Shown: piece by piece, positions 1-10,132 of the stretch
Numbering within the stretch: the first letter of the stretch is position 1
Layout: every line of letters starts with the position of its first letter
From: Rhodothermales bacterium
GTDB taxonomy: Bacteria > Bacteroidota > Rhodothermia > Rhodothermales > Bin80
Assembly (NCBI GenBank): GCA_965208025.1
Contig: OZ242302.1
Location: forward strand, 3,280,727 to 3,344,726
Direction of reading: 5' to 3'
DNA length: 64,000 nt
The notes under the pieces: generated by a model
What the model saw: only the letters and a program-made list of their open reading frames with translations
What the model was told of the DNA's origin: nothing
The model's database searches: none
Made by a program: the position numbers and the translations under genes

Positions 1-2
1 TG

Positions 3-2351
3 ATGCTTGCTCACCGATATGCTTTTAGCCCTATTACCAAGGGATTTGTTGGTGAGGCCATACCTAAATTAATTACTTGGTATCGTCAGTTTCTTGGGAG
101 TCAACTGCAACGTACCTATGAAGTGAGAGCCCCCTTCCTGTTTCGCAAGAAATTATGGCTCAGTGCTGCTGCCGTCTATGTGGTAGGGCTGATCCTTGCC
201 CTCTTGGGGACATTCATGAATACTTCTGAAGGACCTTCCCCTGTAACGTTCATATCGGTTCTCTTTGGTCTAGGGGTTATTTCGCTCTTGATCTTGGCTG
301 TCATCCGAACCCCCAACCCCTATCTAAGAAATTCTTTCTGTTTTGTCTGTCTGATTGTTGGCATCGCTCTACTGGTGATTGGCGGTATTGTGTCTGGATT
401 GGCCAATCCCTCTGCAGGTACTGTGCTTCTTTATCCAGCGTTCATTCTCCTTGCGGCTGGGTTGGCGATGATCCTGCTTCACTGTGTTGAAATTATCTAT
501 CTCAGTGGGATAACCAGCGTTAAATTTGGTGGATTCTTTGCGGGTGTGTCTACGGTAATATTGGGACTGATGTCACTCCTCCGAGGAGCGGAACTCCAGA
601 CGATTCTGATTTTACTTTGTCTTCCCGCGATCATCATGATCATTGGAGCGATTGGTCACTTAGTGAATGGCAAATTCCTTCCCCATCGAACCCGACTGTT
701 AATCACGGATAATCGTGCTCGACTCCTCGTGGGAGTTGCTGGTGGATTTGTTGCGATTGTTGGTCTGTTTATTGCCGCACCAACTGGAGTTGAATTTTTC
801 CCTGACACCGATCCAAATATCATTACAGTTGATCTTGAACTCCCTCTAGGAACCCATTTAGAGGAAACCAATAGCGTGACAGAGATTGCCCAGTCCAGTA
901 TTAATTCACTCTTACAAGAGAATCAGTCGGATCGAGATAACATCAAAAGTATTCTCGTCAATGTGGGGACTAGCAGTAGTGGAGGCGATCTGATGGGAGG
1001 GGGGCCCGGTAGTCCAGAAAGTTCTGTTCTCACGCTGAATGTGGTTGATTATGGGAACCGCCCTGAAACGAGCAGGAATACACTTGAGCGACTTCGGGAG
1101 TCTCTGCGGGGAATTCCAGGAGTGATCTTTGAAATCAACAAAGATAACGCTGGGCCACCGGTTGGTAAACCCGTCAATATTGAAATCACTGGACCAGACT
1201 TTTCCCAAATTACCCAAATCACCGAAGAGGTCACGGCTTCACTACGACAGGCATCGCAGAACAATACCATTCCGCTATTGGTGGACATCAACAATAATCT
1301 CAACACTGGGCGTCCCCAAGTTCAAGTCCACATTGACCGTGAACGGGCTGCTCGGATTGGATTAGATTCTCGTAAAGTCAGTAATGTCGTACGTTCGGCG
1401 ATTCAAGGGAGTGAAGCGACGAAATATCGTTCTGGTGAAGATGAATATGACGTCACTGTTCGGCTGAAAGAGAGTCAGCGGGCAAGTCTTGAAGCGCTTG
1501 ATGGTCTGACCGTCCTACATGAAGGAACCCAAATCCCACTTTCGTCCATTGCTGATTTCGAAATCGGAAGCGGGTTCGGATCCATTACCCGATTAGATTT
1601 GAATCGGGTTGCCACCATTACAGGTGATGTAGTCGCGGGGGGCAATGGGGCTGCAGTCCTCGGACAGGTTCAGACCCATTTGCTTGAACTTCAGAATTCC
1701 CTGCCTTCCGGTTATAAACTGACCTATACGGGGGAGAGCGAGGATCAGGCAGAGGCCTTTGGGTTTCTTCAAGTTGCCATGGGAATCGGAGTTGCAGCCA
1801 TTACACTGATCTTGATTGCACAGTTCAACAGCGTCATTGTCCCGATTATCATCATGTTGGCTGTCTTTCTGGGACTGATCGGCGTACTTCTTGGTTTGAT
1901 TCTGACTCGCACTCCTTTTGGGTTAATGACCTTTATTGGTCTTATCAGTCTGGCGGGAATCGTAGTAAACAATAATATTGTCCTGATTGACTATATCCGA
2001 CAGCTACGGGACCGTGGCTTAGAAAAGCTGGAAGCAATTGTCGAAGGTGGAGCGACTCGTCTCCGACCTGTACTGCTTACCTTCTTGACCACCGTGATCG
2101 GTCTGGTTCCGCTCACGTTCGGACTGAACATTGATTTTATTGGATTACTGGCTGAACTTACCCCGAACATTCAGTTTGGATCTCAAAATACCCAGTTCTG
2201 GGGGCCCATGGGCATTGCGATCATCAGTGGACTCACCTTTGCAACATTTCTAACCTTGGTGATCGTCCCCGTCATGTATTCTGCTTTTGACTCTTTATTT
2301 ACAATCTTGAGTTCTCGTAACAATACAGATTTGCCACCATCCTCCGAATGA
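3..2351 (+). CDS. RND (AcrB/HAE1-type) efflux permease, 5'-truncated by the window edge. C-terminal half plus an atypical multi-helix hydrophobic insertion
   Basis: ORF is open from the window start. Second-half RND hallmarks: porter-loop entry 'FFPDTDPNIITVDLELPLGT', a large soluble loop, then a TM block 'GIGVAAITLILIAQFNS ... SLAGIVVNNNIVLIDY ... GATRLRPVLLTFLTTVIGLVPL'. Confidence 0.85.
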   Translation: MLAHRYAFSPITKGFVGEAIPKLITWYRQFLGSQLQRTYEVRAPFLFRKKLWLSAAAVYVVGLILALLGTFMNTSEGPSPVTFISVLFGLGVISLLILAVIRTPNPYLRNSFCFVCLIVGIALLVIGGIVSGLANPSAGTVLLYPAFILLAAGLAMILLHCVEIIYLSGITSVKFGGFFAGVSTVILGLMSLLRGAELQTILILLCLPAIIMIIGAIGHLVNGKFLPHRTRLLITDNRARLLVGVAGGFVAIVGLFIAAPTGVEFFPDTDPNIITVDLELPLGTHLEETNSVTEIAQSSINSLLQENQSDRDNIKSILVNVGTSSSGGDLMGGGPGSPESSVLTLNVVDYGNRPETSRNTLERLRESLRGIPGVIFEINKDNAGPPVGKPVNIEITGPDFSQITQITEEVTASLRQASQNNTIPLLVDINNNLNTGRPQVQVHIDRERAARIGLDSRKVSNVVRSAIQGSEATKYRSGEDEYDVTVRLKESQRASLEALDGLTVLHEGTQIPLSSIADFEIGSGFGSITRLDLNRVATITGDVVAGGNGAAVLGQVQTHLLELQNSLPSGYKLTYTGESEDQAEAFGFLQVAMGIGVAAITLILIAQFNSVIVPIIIMLAVFLGLIGVLLGLILTRTPFGLMTFIGLISLAGIVVNNNIVLIDYIRQLRDRGLEKLEAIVEGGATRLRPVLLTFLTTVIGLVPLTFGLNIDFIGLLAELTPNIQFGSQNTQFWGPMGIAIISGLTFATFLTLVIVPVMYSAFDSLFTILSSRNNTDLPPSSE

Positions 2352-3811
2352 GATCACTAGAGGAATTTTCTGATGCACATCTGAGAATTTTTCATAGACC
2401 ACCTCCCAAACCTGATACACATGACATTTATTTGATTGGGATTGGCGGTACGGGAATGGGGGCACTTGCCGGGCTCCTTACCGAGGCGGGGTATGCGGTG
2501 AGAGGATCTGATCGTGGAATCTATCCACCAATGAGCACCTTTCTTCATGATCTGGGCATCTCTGTTTATGATGGATACGCAGAGTCCAATCTCTCAACTC
2601 ACCCTGATTTAGTGATCACAGGGAATGCCTGTGTCCCCACCCATCTTGAAGCAACCGTCGTAAGAGAGAAAAAAATCCCCCAACTCTCATTCCCTGAGGC
2701 GATCCATCATTTTTTTCTTCAGAACCGGCGAAGCATCGTCGTTGCGGGAACCCACGGAAAAACAACCACCTCTGGAATGCTCGTCCATGTCTTTCGCTCC
2801 TCAGGGCGAGAGCCTGGATATTTAGTGGGAGGGATACTTCAAGATTTCGAAAGAAGCTTTTCCATCGGTTCGGATCCGCAATTCATCATTGAAGGAGATG
2901 AATATGACAGTGCATATTTTGATAAGCGTCCAAAGTTTATTCACTATGCTCCCAAAGTAGCTGTCATTACTTCCGTAGAATTTGATCATGCCGATATCTA
3001 CACCTGCTATGAGGAGTACAAGGAGGCATTTGAGACCTTCGCGAATCTGATTCCAGAGGATGGACTCTTGGCCATCTGTGGGGATGATCCCGGTGTGACT
3101 CAATTACACACCCATTCTGCCCCAGTTCTTACCTATGGGCTGGATTCTCAACATGATGTAGTTGGTCAAATCCTTGAATCAAATGAAACCGGGATCCGAT
3201 TTGAATTAATCTATCATGGGGAAGATCTCGGAGAGGTGATGCTCCCCTTGCATGGCGACCATAATCTCAGGAATGCCTTGGCGGTTTGTACGATTGCATT
3301 GCACGAGGGACTGACCTTTGAGGAAATTGCGATAGGACTCGCATCTTTTTCTGGCATGAAACGACGTCAGGAAATTCTTGGCGAACCGGATGGGATCCTG
3401 ATCATTGACGATTTTGCGCATCACCCAACTGCTGTTCGCGCGACCATTCAGGCTGCAGAACAGCGCTGGCCTCATCGACGACTCATTGCCGTGTTTGAAC
3501 CTGGCACAAATTCCAGTCGGCGGAAAATATTTGAAGATTCCTATGGCCAAGCCTTCGGAGGGGCATCGATGGCCTATCTATGCTCTCCCCCTTTTCGTCA
3601 TAATGACACACTGGAGCAATTTTTGGACATTCAAGTGGTGATGGATCGTATTCGTGATGATGGCACTGATGTGAAGTGCTTTGAAAATACTTCCTCGTTA
3701 CTGGAGGACTTGACCCGAGAGGTGAAGACTGAGGATGTCGTCCTGATCATGAGCAATGGAAGTTTCAATGGCCTGCACCAGAACCTTCTCCATGCACTCC
3801 ATTCACGCTAA
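2348..3811 (+). CDS. mpl: UDP-N-acetylmuramate:L-alanyl-gamma-D-glutamyl-meso-DAP ligase (murein peptide ligase Mpl)
   Basis: N-terminus 'IYLIGIGGTGMGALAGLL..GYAVRGSDRGIYPPMSTFL..LGISVYDGY' matches the Mpl-specific pattern (GSD..YPPMS). Mur-ligase P-loop 'GTHGKTTTSGM'. ATGA overlap with the upstream gene. Confidence 0.9.
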   Translation: MRSLEEFSDAHLRIFHRPPPKPDTHDIYLIGIGGTGMGALAGLLTEAGYAVRGSDRGIYPPMSTFLHDLGISVYDGYAESNLSTHPDLVITGNACVPTHLEATVVREKKIPQLSFPEAIHHFFLQNRRSIVVAGTHGKTTTSGMLVHVFRSSGREPGYLVGGILQDFERSFSIGSDPQFIIEGDEYDSAYFDKRPKFIHYAPKVAVITSVEFDHADIYTCYEEYKEAFETFANLIPEDGLLAICGDDPGVTQLHTHSAPVLTYGLDSQHDVVGQILESNETGIRFELIYHGEDLGEVMLPLHGDHNLRNALAVCTIALHEGLTFEEIAIGLASFSGMKRRQEILGEPDGILIIDDFAHHPTAVRATIQAAEQRWPHRRLIAVFEPGTNSSRRKIFEDSYGQAFGGASMAYLCSPPFRHNDTLEQFLDIQVVMDRIRDDGTDVKCFENTSSLLEDLTREVKTEDVVLIMSNGSFNGLHQNLLHALHSR

Positions 3812-3819
3812 CACAGAAT

Positions 3820-6207
3820 ATGTCAGGGATCGTAGGACACATACTGATTTTGACAGCTTTTGTCAGTAGCATTATATCTATCTTCGCATTTTATCAGTCC
3901 GCGCAAGAGGATCAACCCGACCGAGGCTATTTTCGTCTTGGGAATGCGCTTTGGTGGGTCATGACAATTTGTCTTGTGAGTGCATGGCTACTTCTGATCG
4001 TTCTGATCGCTACCCATCAGTTCCAATATAATTATGTCTGGGCCCATTCGTCGCGGGATTTGCCATTCCATTTTTTGTTTTCCGCCAGTTGGGAAGGACA
4101 GGAAGGCTCTTTTCTTCTGTGGATCATCATGAACTGTCTGATGGGGCTCGCCCTCATCCGCTGGGCCGCTCCCTCTTACAAAGCGGCGGTCATGACCGTG
4201 GTGGCCTTATGCCAAGCCTTCTTATTGACCATGATTGTAGGCATCCAGTTGGGGCCAATTGAAATTGGTGCTGCCCCCTTTGCGACATTGGCTGAAGCAA
4301 ATCCTGACGCCCCAATCTTTCAGTCCAATCCAGACTTTGTCCCTGCTGATGGAACGGGGTTGAATGATCTGCTTCAAAACTACTGGATGGTGATTCATCC
4401 ACCTATGCTATTTGTAGGGTTCACCACCATGATTGCACCATTTGCATTTGCGGTGGTCGCTCTTTGGAAGAAGCGATATACTCAATGGGTGCGGCCCGCA
4501 CTTCCCTGGACGCTGATTAGCGTCATGTGCCTGGGGGTCGGGATTGCCATGGGGGGCTACTGGGCTTATGAGACATTGAACTTTGGTGGATACTGGGCAT
4601 GGGATCCTGTCGAAAATTCTTCACTTGTACCTTGGCTCGTCGGTGTTGCGGCGGTTCACCTGATGCTCATCCAGCGCAAAGGAGGCATCGGGCATAAGGC
4701 GGCCTTGTTCCTGTCTGTTCTCGCCTATATTTTAGTCGTCTATTCTACCTTCCTAACACGTAGTGGCATCTTGGGAGATGCCTCTGTGCATGCCTTTGTA
4801 GATCTTGGGCTCTATAATCAGTTATTAATTTGGATTGTCGCAATGGGAATGTTGGGCTTTGGACTTTTTGTCTGGCGTTACCGCGAACTTCCGAGCGCCC
4901 AACAGGAAGCCTATTATCTATCCCGCGAGTTTCTCGTCTTCTCGGGCTCTGTTCTCCTGACCGTTGTGGCAACTGTGGTGATTCTTGGGACTAGCGCTCC
5001 CATCTTTGGAAAGCTGTTCAACAATAATCCTGCAACCGTCCCAATTGACTTCTACAATGACTGGACGCTTCCTATCTCGGTAGGAATATTATTTCTGGCC
5101 GGGCTAGGACAACTATTCTGGTGGACCAAAATGAGTGTCCAGAAAGTGAACCGTGTAGTGGCCTGGCCTATTTTACTTGCAAGTTTAAGTACAATCCTTG
5201 TATTGATTCTGACTCCATTCGCATCTGAAACCGTTGCCGAAGGGGAGAACTTCTGGCAACGCTATGGCTATGGACTTCAATTGATTCTGCTTCTTTTTGT
5301 AGCATTTTTCGCACTCTTTGGGAATGCCTCGGTCCTTTGGAAAGTTGGACGGGGGAACCTGAAACTTGCCGGTGGTGCACTTGCACATGTAGGATTGGGA
5401 ATTATGGTGATCGGTATCATCGCGTCCTCCGGGTTTAGTCGCCCGATCTCTGATGCCCCCCGGGGGAGTGAGAGGAATAACTTCGTGGTCGAGCAGGGAC
5501 AACCCGTTCGCGTTGCAGGCTATCAGGTGAATTATGTTGGAACAGAACCTGGAGCGCGCGGACATACTCGTTTTGTGCTGGATTTCACAGACCCTGAAGG
5601 ACAATCCTTCCGCCTTAAACCGGTTGCCTACGAATCCAATACAGGTCAATGGATCCAGCATCCTGACCTGAAGCCCTACTTTGAAAAAGATATCTTCGTC
5701 GCCGTTACACCTCGGGAAATGCTTGATGGAGATACCGTCAATAACGAAATTGATCTACGGAAAGGACAGAGTACGATCATCGGGGATGGAACCTACCGCG
5801 TCACGTTCACGGGCTTTGAGATCGGAGTGGATTTGCCCTCCCTATTGAGCGAAGAAGAGGTAGAACGTACCGAAATCGCCGTAGGTGCGGTGCTGCAGGT
5901 CATGAACTTGAGCACCAATCTGATTGAAGAGATCATGCCTGTATACACCATTCAAACCGACCGTAGTTTGAATCCAATTGGTGCCGCATCTGGTGGGATT
6001 CAATTCTATTTTACAAGTATGAATGTGGACACTGGCGAAATTACACTCCTCCTTGATGGAGCGACCACGGCAGACTATGTTGTTGTCCAAGCACAAGTGA
6101 AACCGGCCATCAGTTTGGTGTGGATCGGAATTATTCTGCTGAGTGGGGGCTTTTTCTTGTCTGCCTCTCGGAGAATGATAGATCTGCGGCGGAGCCTTTC
6201 CCTGTAG
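3820..6207 (+). CDS. ccmF: Cytochrome c biogenesis heme lyase, CcmF/NrfE family (long form)
   Basis: Polytopic membrane protein with the W-rich heme-handling motif 'GGYWAWDPVENSSLVPWL' and 'WEGQEGSFLLW'. C-terminal soluble extension plus a final TM helix. Confidence 0.8.
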   Translation: MSGIVGHILILTAFVSSIISIFAFYQSAQEDQPDRGYFRLGNALWWVMTICLVSAWLLLIVLIATHQFQYNYVWAHSSRDLPFHFLFSASWEGQEGSFLLWIIMNCLMGLALIRWAAPSYKAAVMTVVALCQAFLLTMIVGIQLGPIEIGAAPFATLAEANPDAPIFQSNPDFVPADGTGLNDLLQNYWMVIHPPMLFVGFTTMIAPFAFAVVALWKKRYTQWVRPALPWTLISVMCLGVGIAMGGYWAYETLNFGGYWAWDPVENSSLVPWLVGVAAVHLMLIQRKGGIGHKAALFLSVLAYILVVYSTFLTRSGILGDASVHAFVDLGLYNQLLIWIVAMGMLGFGLFVWRYRELPSAQQEAYYLSREFLVFSGSVLLTVVATVVILGTSAPIFGKLFNNNPATVPIDFYNDWTLPISVGILFLAGLGQLFWWTKMSVQKVNRVVAWPILLASLSTILVLILTPFASETVAEGENFWQRYGYGLQLILLLFVAFFALFGNASVLWKVGRGNLKLAGGALAHVGLGIMVIGIIASSGFSRPISDAPRGSERNNFVVEQGQPVRVAGYQVNYVGTEPGARGHTRFVLDFTDPEGQSFRLKPVAYESNTGQWIQHPDLKPYFEKDIFVAVTPREMLDGDTVNNEIDLRKGQSTIIGDGTYRVTFTGFEIGVDLPSLLSEEEVERTEIAVGAVLQVMNLSTNLIEEIMPVYTIQTDRSLNPIGAASGGIQFYFTSMNVDTGEITLLLDGATTADYVVVQAQVKPAISLVWIGIILLSGGFFLSASRRMIDLRRSLSL

Positions 6208-6218
6208 TCCGCGATATT

Positions 6219-7331
6219 TTAGTCTTCAACTATTGCCTCCTGAGCGAATTCTCTGCCGGTTTTTGTCAACTCCAGATACTCTCCGACGGCTTGGAGCAAA
6301 TTCTTTGAAGCGGCTCGAGAAACCACTTCTTTGGCAAAGTCGGTGTCCCAAGCCAAGTGATCCTGTAAATGATCCATCCGACATTCTCTTTCCGCCTCCG
6401 GGGTTTTTTCGTGTTGCAAAAGATGGATCAGTAACATCTTCATGGCAAATTGCCATTTCTGACGCCTTTTTCGCTCCCAGACGGCGAGTAACCCTTGTTT
6501 GGGAGTAACACAGAGCAAGATCGCAAACTGAATCCCGACCATGGTTGCCATACATCCTGCAATTGAGGCATCCAGGAGGTATGCAGCCCAGTAACCAGTC
6601 ACGGCCGAAGTCATCCCAAAAAGAACACTCAGGATGAGCATCCTTCCAAGCCGATTGGTCATCAGGTACGCGCTGGCGGGCGGTCCGACCATAAAGGCAA
6701 TGACCAGAATGGAACCAACGGCATCAAACGCAGCGACTGCCGTCATCGATACCAGTCCCATGAGCGCATAATGAAGCGTGACGGGTAAAAATCCCAGGGT
6801 TGCACAAAGTGCGCTATCAAATGTAGCAAGCTTCAACTCTTTATAAAACAATAGAATAAATCCTGCACAGAGGAGTCCTACGATTCCAGTTGCATACAAG
6901 GCCTTAGGGCCAAGATCATACCCATTCAATTGGACACGATCAAATGGCACAAATGCCAATTCTCCAAGCAGTACGGCATCAGTATCCAGGTGTACATCAC
7001 CTGCAAAACGTGCAATCAAGATGACCCCGATCGCAAACAGAGTGGAAAACACCAACCCCATCGCAGCATCCTCACGAATGAGGTTCGTCCGTTGTAACCG
7101 CTCCACCAGATACACGGTTAGAAGTCCAGCGACTGCTCCACCAAGAATCAGAAACGGTGAGGATAAGCTACCTGTCAGGAAAAATCCAACCACGATTCCA
7201 GGCAGAATTGCGTGGCTGATTGCATCACTCATCATCGCCATTCTGCGCAGAACCAGAAATGAACCAGGCAACGCGCAGGCAGCAGAAACCACAATGGCGA
7301 CCAACTGGATTTCGAATTGGAACGTGCTCAT
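6219..7331 (-). CDS. Metal (Mn/Zn/Fe-type, ABC-3 family) ABC transporter permease with a ~80-aa C-terminal soluble extension
   Basis: ABC-3 permease pattern 'MMSDAISHAILPGIVVGF'. Hydrophobic core of ~280 aa, then a charged tail 'WERKRRQKWQFAMKMLLIHLLQHE...'. 4-nt overlap with the upstream permease gene. Confidence 0.85.
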   Translation of the reverse strand: MSTFQFEIQLVAIVVSAACALPGSFLVLRRMAMMSDAISHAILPGIVVGFFLTGSLSSPFLILGGAVAGLLTVYLVERLQRTNLIREDAAMGLVFSTLFAIGVILIARFAGDVHLDTDAVLLGELAFVPFDRVQLNGYDLGPKALYATGIVGLLCAGFILLFYKELKLATFDSALCATLGFLPVTLHYALMGLVSMTAVAAFDAVGSILVIAFMVGPPASAYLMTNRLGRMLILSVLFGMTSAVTGYWAAYLLDASIAGCMATMVGIQFAILLCVTPKQGLLAVWERKRRQKWQFAMKMLLIHLLQHEKTPEAERECRMDHLQDHLAWDTDFAKEVVSRAASKNLLQAVGEYLELTKTGREFAQEAIVED

Positions 7332-8440
7332 TGGTTACGTTCGCGCAGGAGTTCATTACATTCTTGAACTCCATCCGGGGTCAAGGCCCACATGCCATTG
7401 GAATGCATCCGGACTAATCCTTTCCCTTCCAATGTCCGTAAATGTCTGCGGGGAGAACCGGAATAAGGTCGGATCACCTGAAGAGCAGTTTCCTTGTGAG
7501 GATATTCATAGGAATCATGCGATTTAGCCAACTCAAATAGGTCAAGCAACAGGGCCTCACTTTTGAGCTTCTGATTCTGTATTCCTTGGCGAACACGCTG
7601 CCAGATGATCCCTCGCTTGGGTGCAAAAAGCATGGAAACCACAACAAGACTGGCAGCACACACTACAATTGTTGGACCCGTAGGTAAGTTGGAGGTGGAT
7701 ACGCTCAGCAGTGACCCAGCTATGCCGGAAAGTGAACCCAGCATCATTGCAATCAACATCATTACCCCAAAATGATTGGTCCACTGACGGGCGGCAGCGG
7801 CTGGAGCAATAATCATTGCACTCATCAGAACGACACCAACGGTTTGCAGTCCGATCACGATCGCTACAACAAGGAGCGTAGTTAAGCCCAAGTCCAATCT
7901 CCGAACGGGTAGCTCGAGGCTATGGGCAAACTCTGAATCAAATGCGAGTAGCTTGAATTCTTTCCAGAACAGTATTAGAATCACGAATGCCAGCCCTCCC
8001 AAAACTGCCATCGTGATCACATCCTGAGCGATCAGTGACGCAGCTTGACCGAATAGAAACGAATCCAGTCCGGCCTGATTGGCATTCGGAAATTTCTGAA
8101 TGAACGTCAGCAGTACTAAGCCTGCACCAAAAAATACAGATAGGACAAGCCCTAATGCACTATCATACTTGACTCGTGTGCTCGCAACCACAAACAAGAC
8201 TACGGCGGTTGCCAACCATCCTGTAAGCCCTGCCCCAACCATCAAGATCAGAGATGCTTTACTGCCAGTGAGTAGAAAAGCAAGTCCGATCCCTGGCAGT
8301 GCAGCATGAGATACCGCATCACCCAATAAACTTTGCTGTCGGAGGACGGCAAATGTGCCCAGTGCACCACTCACTGCCCCCAAGATTGCAGTACCAAGAG
8401 TGACCATTCGTAGGGTGTAGTCATCAAAAAACTGCTCCAT
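7328..8440 (-). CDS. Metal ABC transporter permease (ABC-3 family) with a C-terminal winged-helix-like extension
   Basis: 'LLGDAVSHAALPGIGLAFL' ABC-3 motif. C-terminal 'RRHLRTLEGKGLVRMHSNGMWALTPDGVQ' resembles a DtxR/MarR-type wHTH. Confidence 0.85.
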   Translation of the reverse strand: MEQFFDDYTLRMVTLGTAILGAVSGALGTFAVLRQQSLLGDAVSHAALPGIGLAFLLTGSKASLILMVGAGLTGWLATAVVLFVVASTRVKYDSALGLVLSVFFGAGLVLLTFIQKFPNANQAGLDSFLFGQAASLIAQDVITMAVLGGLAFVILILFWKEFKLLAFDSEFAHSLELPVRRLDLGLTTLLVVAIVIGLQTVGVVLMSAMIIAPAAAARQWTNHFGVMMLIAMMLGSLSGIAGSLLSVSTSNLPTGPTIVVCAASLVVVSMLFAPKRGIIWQRVRQGIQNQKLKSEALLLDLFELAKSHDSYEYPHKETALQVIRPYSGSPRRHLRTLEGKGLVRMHSNGMWALTPDGVQECNELLRERNQ

Positions 8441-8442
8441 GA

Positions 8443-9204
8443 CTATACCTGATCTTTGATGATTGCTATTCGTCCTCCGTAGGTAAGTCCAAGGTTGGTA
8501 TCGGTGAACACCTCTGTAACCGGTCCACTGGCAATTCGACGAATATTCAGAAGTAAGACTTCATCAAAGTAGGAAGTTACCGTCTGCAGATCATGGTGTA
8601 CGGTAAGTACCGTTTTCCCAGATGTGCGGAGGGTTTGAAGAAGGTCAATGATGGCGTGCTCAGTGATCGCATCTACACCTTGAAGAGGTTCATCCATGAG
8701 ATAAATTTGAGCATCCTGAACCAGAGCTCTCGCCAGAAATACACGCTGCTGTTGGCCTCCTGAGAGTTGGCTGATCTGCCGGTGAGCCAACTCATGCATA
8801 TCAACTTGTTCAAGAGCAGACATAGCCACAGAGCGCTCATGTCTCCCAGGTCTACGAATCCAACCCAGTTGGCCATACAAGCCCATTAAGACAACATCCA
8901 GTACGCTAGTGGGAAAATCCCAATCTACGGTACCTCGCTGAGGAACATATCCAACATTAGAAGCGACAGATTGATACGGCTGACCGAGGATCCGAATCTG
9001 TCCAGCTGCAGGATTGATCAGCCCCAGAATCGCCTTGATCAGTGTTGTCTTTCCAGCCCCATTGGGGCCAACGACAGCCATTAATACTCCGGAGGCCACA
9101 TCTAAATCTATGTCCCAAAGGACAGGCTTTTCCTGATAGGCAACGGTCAGATCTCGTACTTCAACTGCGTTGACCATTGAAGAGCGCATTGACGATTGTA
9201 TCAA
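8443..9204 (-). CDS. Metal ABC transporter ATP-binding protein
   Basis: Walker A 'GPNGAGKTT', signature 'LSGGQQQRV', Walker B 'IYLMDEP'. The start is uncertain: several in-frame Met codons, and the ORF overlaps the end of the binding-protein gene. Confidence 0.9.
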   Translation of the reverse strand: MIQSSMRSSMVNAVEVRDLTVAYQEKPVLWDIDLDVASGVLMAVVGPNGAGKTTLIKAILGLINPAAGQIRILGQPYQSVASNVGYVPQRGTVDWDFPTSVLDVVLMGLYGQLGWIRRPGRHERSVAMSALEQVDMHELAHRQISQLSGGQQQRVFLARALVQDAQIYLMDEPLQGVDAITEHAIIDLLQTLRTSGKTVLTVHHDLQTVTSYFDEVLLLNIRRIASGPVTEVFTDTNLGLTYGGRIAIIKDQV

Positions 9205-10105
9205 TATTGTATTGGACCATCTTTAAGTATGTGTCCGCTTCGGAGCCTGGTCCACCCAATGCATCTCCATACAATGTACCCCCAACACGCACTTCAAAGC
9301 CTTTTGCCTTGACAGCTTCCTGCACCGCTTCAATCCCTCTCGGAGATATGGACGACTCTACAAATATTGCTGGAATTTCTCGTTCAACTACAAGCGCTGC
9401 CAAGCCCTGAACATCTCCAGCACCCGATTCCAAAGCTGTTGAAATACCTTGCAGCCCCTCTACCTCAAAACCATATGCTTTCCCAAAGTATCCAAATGCA
9501 TCATGGGATGTGATGAGCACTCGTTTCGCTTCGGGGACTTCGCTTGCTTTCTGAGCCACATAGGCATCTAACTCCATGAGTTTCTCTTCGTACGTGGCAG
9601 CACCGGAGGTAAAGATTGTTTGTCTATTGGGATCAAGCGTACCAAGTGCAGTTGCGATAGCATACCCCGCCTTTGCCCATAACAAGGGATCAAACCAGAT
9701 ATGGGGATCATGATTGCCCTGAAATAATTCTGATGAAATTAATAAGCTGTCCAAGATACTCACCTCGGCAACCGCAATGATGGAGATCTCATCCTCTTGC
9801 ATGCCCTCAAAAACATCTCCCATTTTGCCCTCCAAATGGAGGCCATTGTAGACAATCAGATCAGCTTCTTTCATCTTTGACACATCCCGAGCACTTGCCT
9901 TGTAGAGATGAGGATCTACCCCCGGCCCCATGAGCGATTCAACCACAACCTCCGTACCACCCACCGCATGAACCAGATCTGCAACAATACTTGTCGTGGC
10001 AGTCACCCGAATTGGACGTTCCGTGATTGGGAGATCAACTTGATCTGTGGATGTACAAGAAGCAAGTATAGAAAGCCCGATAAGAAATACTATGAATCCA
10101 CGCAT
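9161..10105 (-). CDS. Metal ABC transporter substrate-binding lipoprotein (TroA/PsaA/ZnuA cluster-9 type)
   Basis: Lipoprotein signal 'MRGFIVFLIGLSILASC'. Metal-ligand contexts 'GVDPHLY', 'DPHIWFDP', 'ITSHDAFGYF'. The start is placed at the ATG at 10105 rather than the TTG at 10114 in the ORF track. Confidence 0.85.
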   Translation of the reverse strand: MRGFIVFLIGLSILASCTSTDQVDLPITERPIRVTATTSIVADLVHAVGGTEVVVESLMGPGVDPHLYKASARDVSKMKEADLIVYNGLHLEGKMGDVFEGMQEDEISIIAVAEVSILDSLLISSELFQGNHDPHIWFDPLLWAKAGYAIATALGTLDPNRQTIFTSGAATYEEKLMELDAYVAQKASEVPEAKRVLITSHDAFGYFGKAYGFEVEGLQGISTALESGAGDVQGLAALVVEREIPAIFVESSISPRGIEAVQEAVKAKGFEVRVGGTLYGDALGGPGSEADTYLKMVQYNIDTIVNALFNGQRS

Positions 10106-10116
10106 CCTATGCAAAA

Positions 10117-10132
10117 TTTAGTCTTGCCTAAA
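10117..10132. promoter_or_regulatory. Candidate metalloregulator (DtxR/MntR-type) operator just upstream of the metal importer operon
   Basis: Inverted repeat TTTAG-N6-CTAAA ('tttagtcttgcctaaa') lies 12-27 nt upstream of the binding-protein ATG. Its half-sites resemble the TTAG/CTAA half-sites of DtxR-family boxes. The arms are short, so support is weak. Confidence 0.2.
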
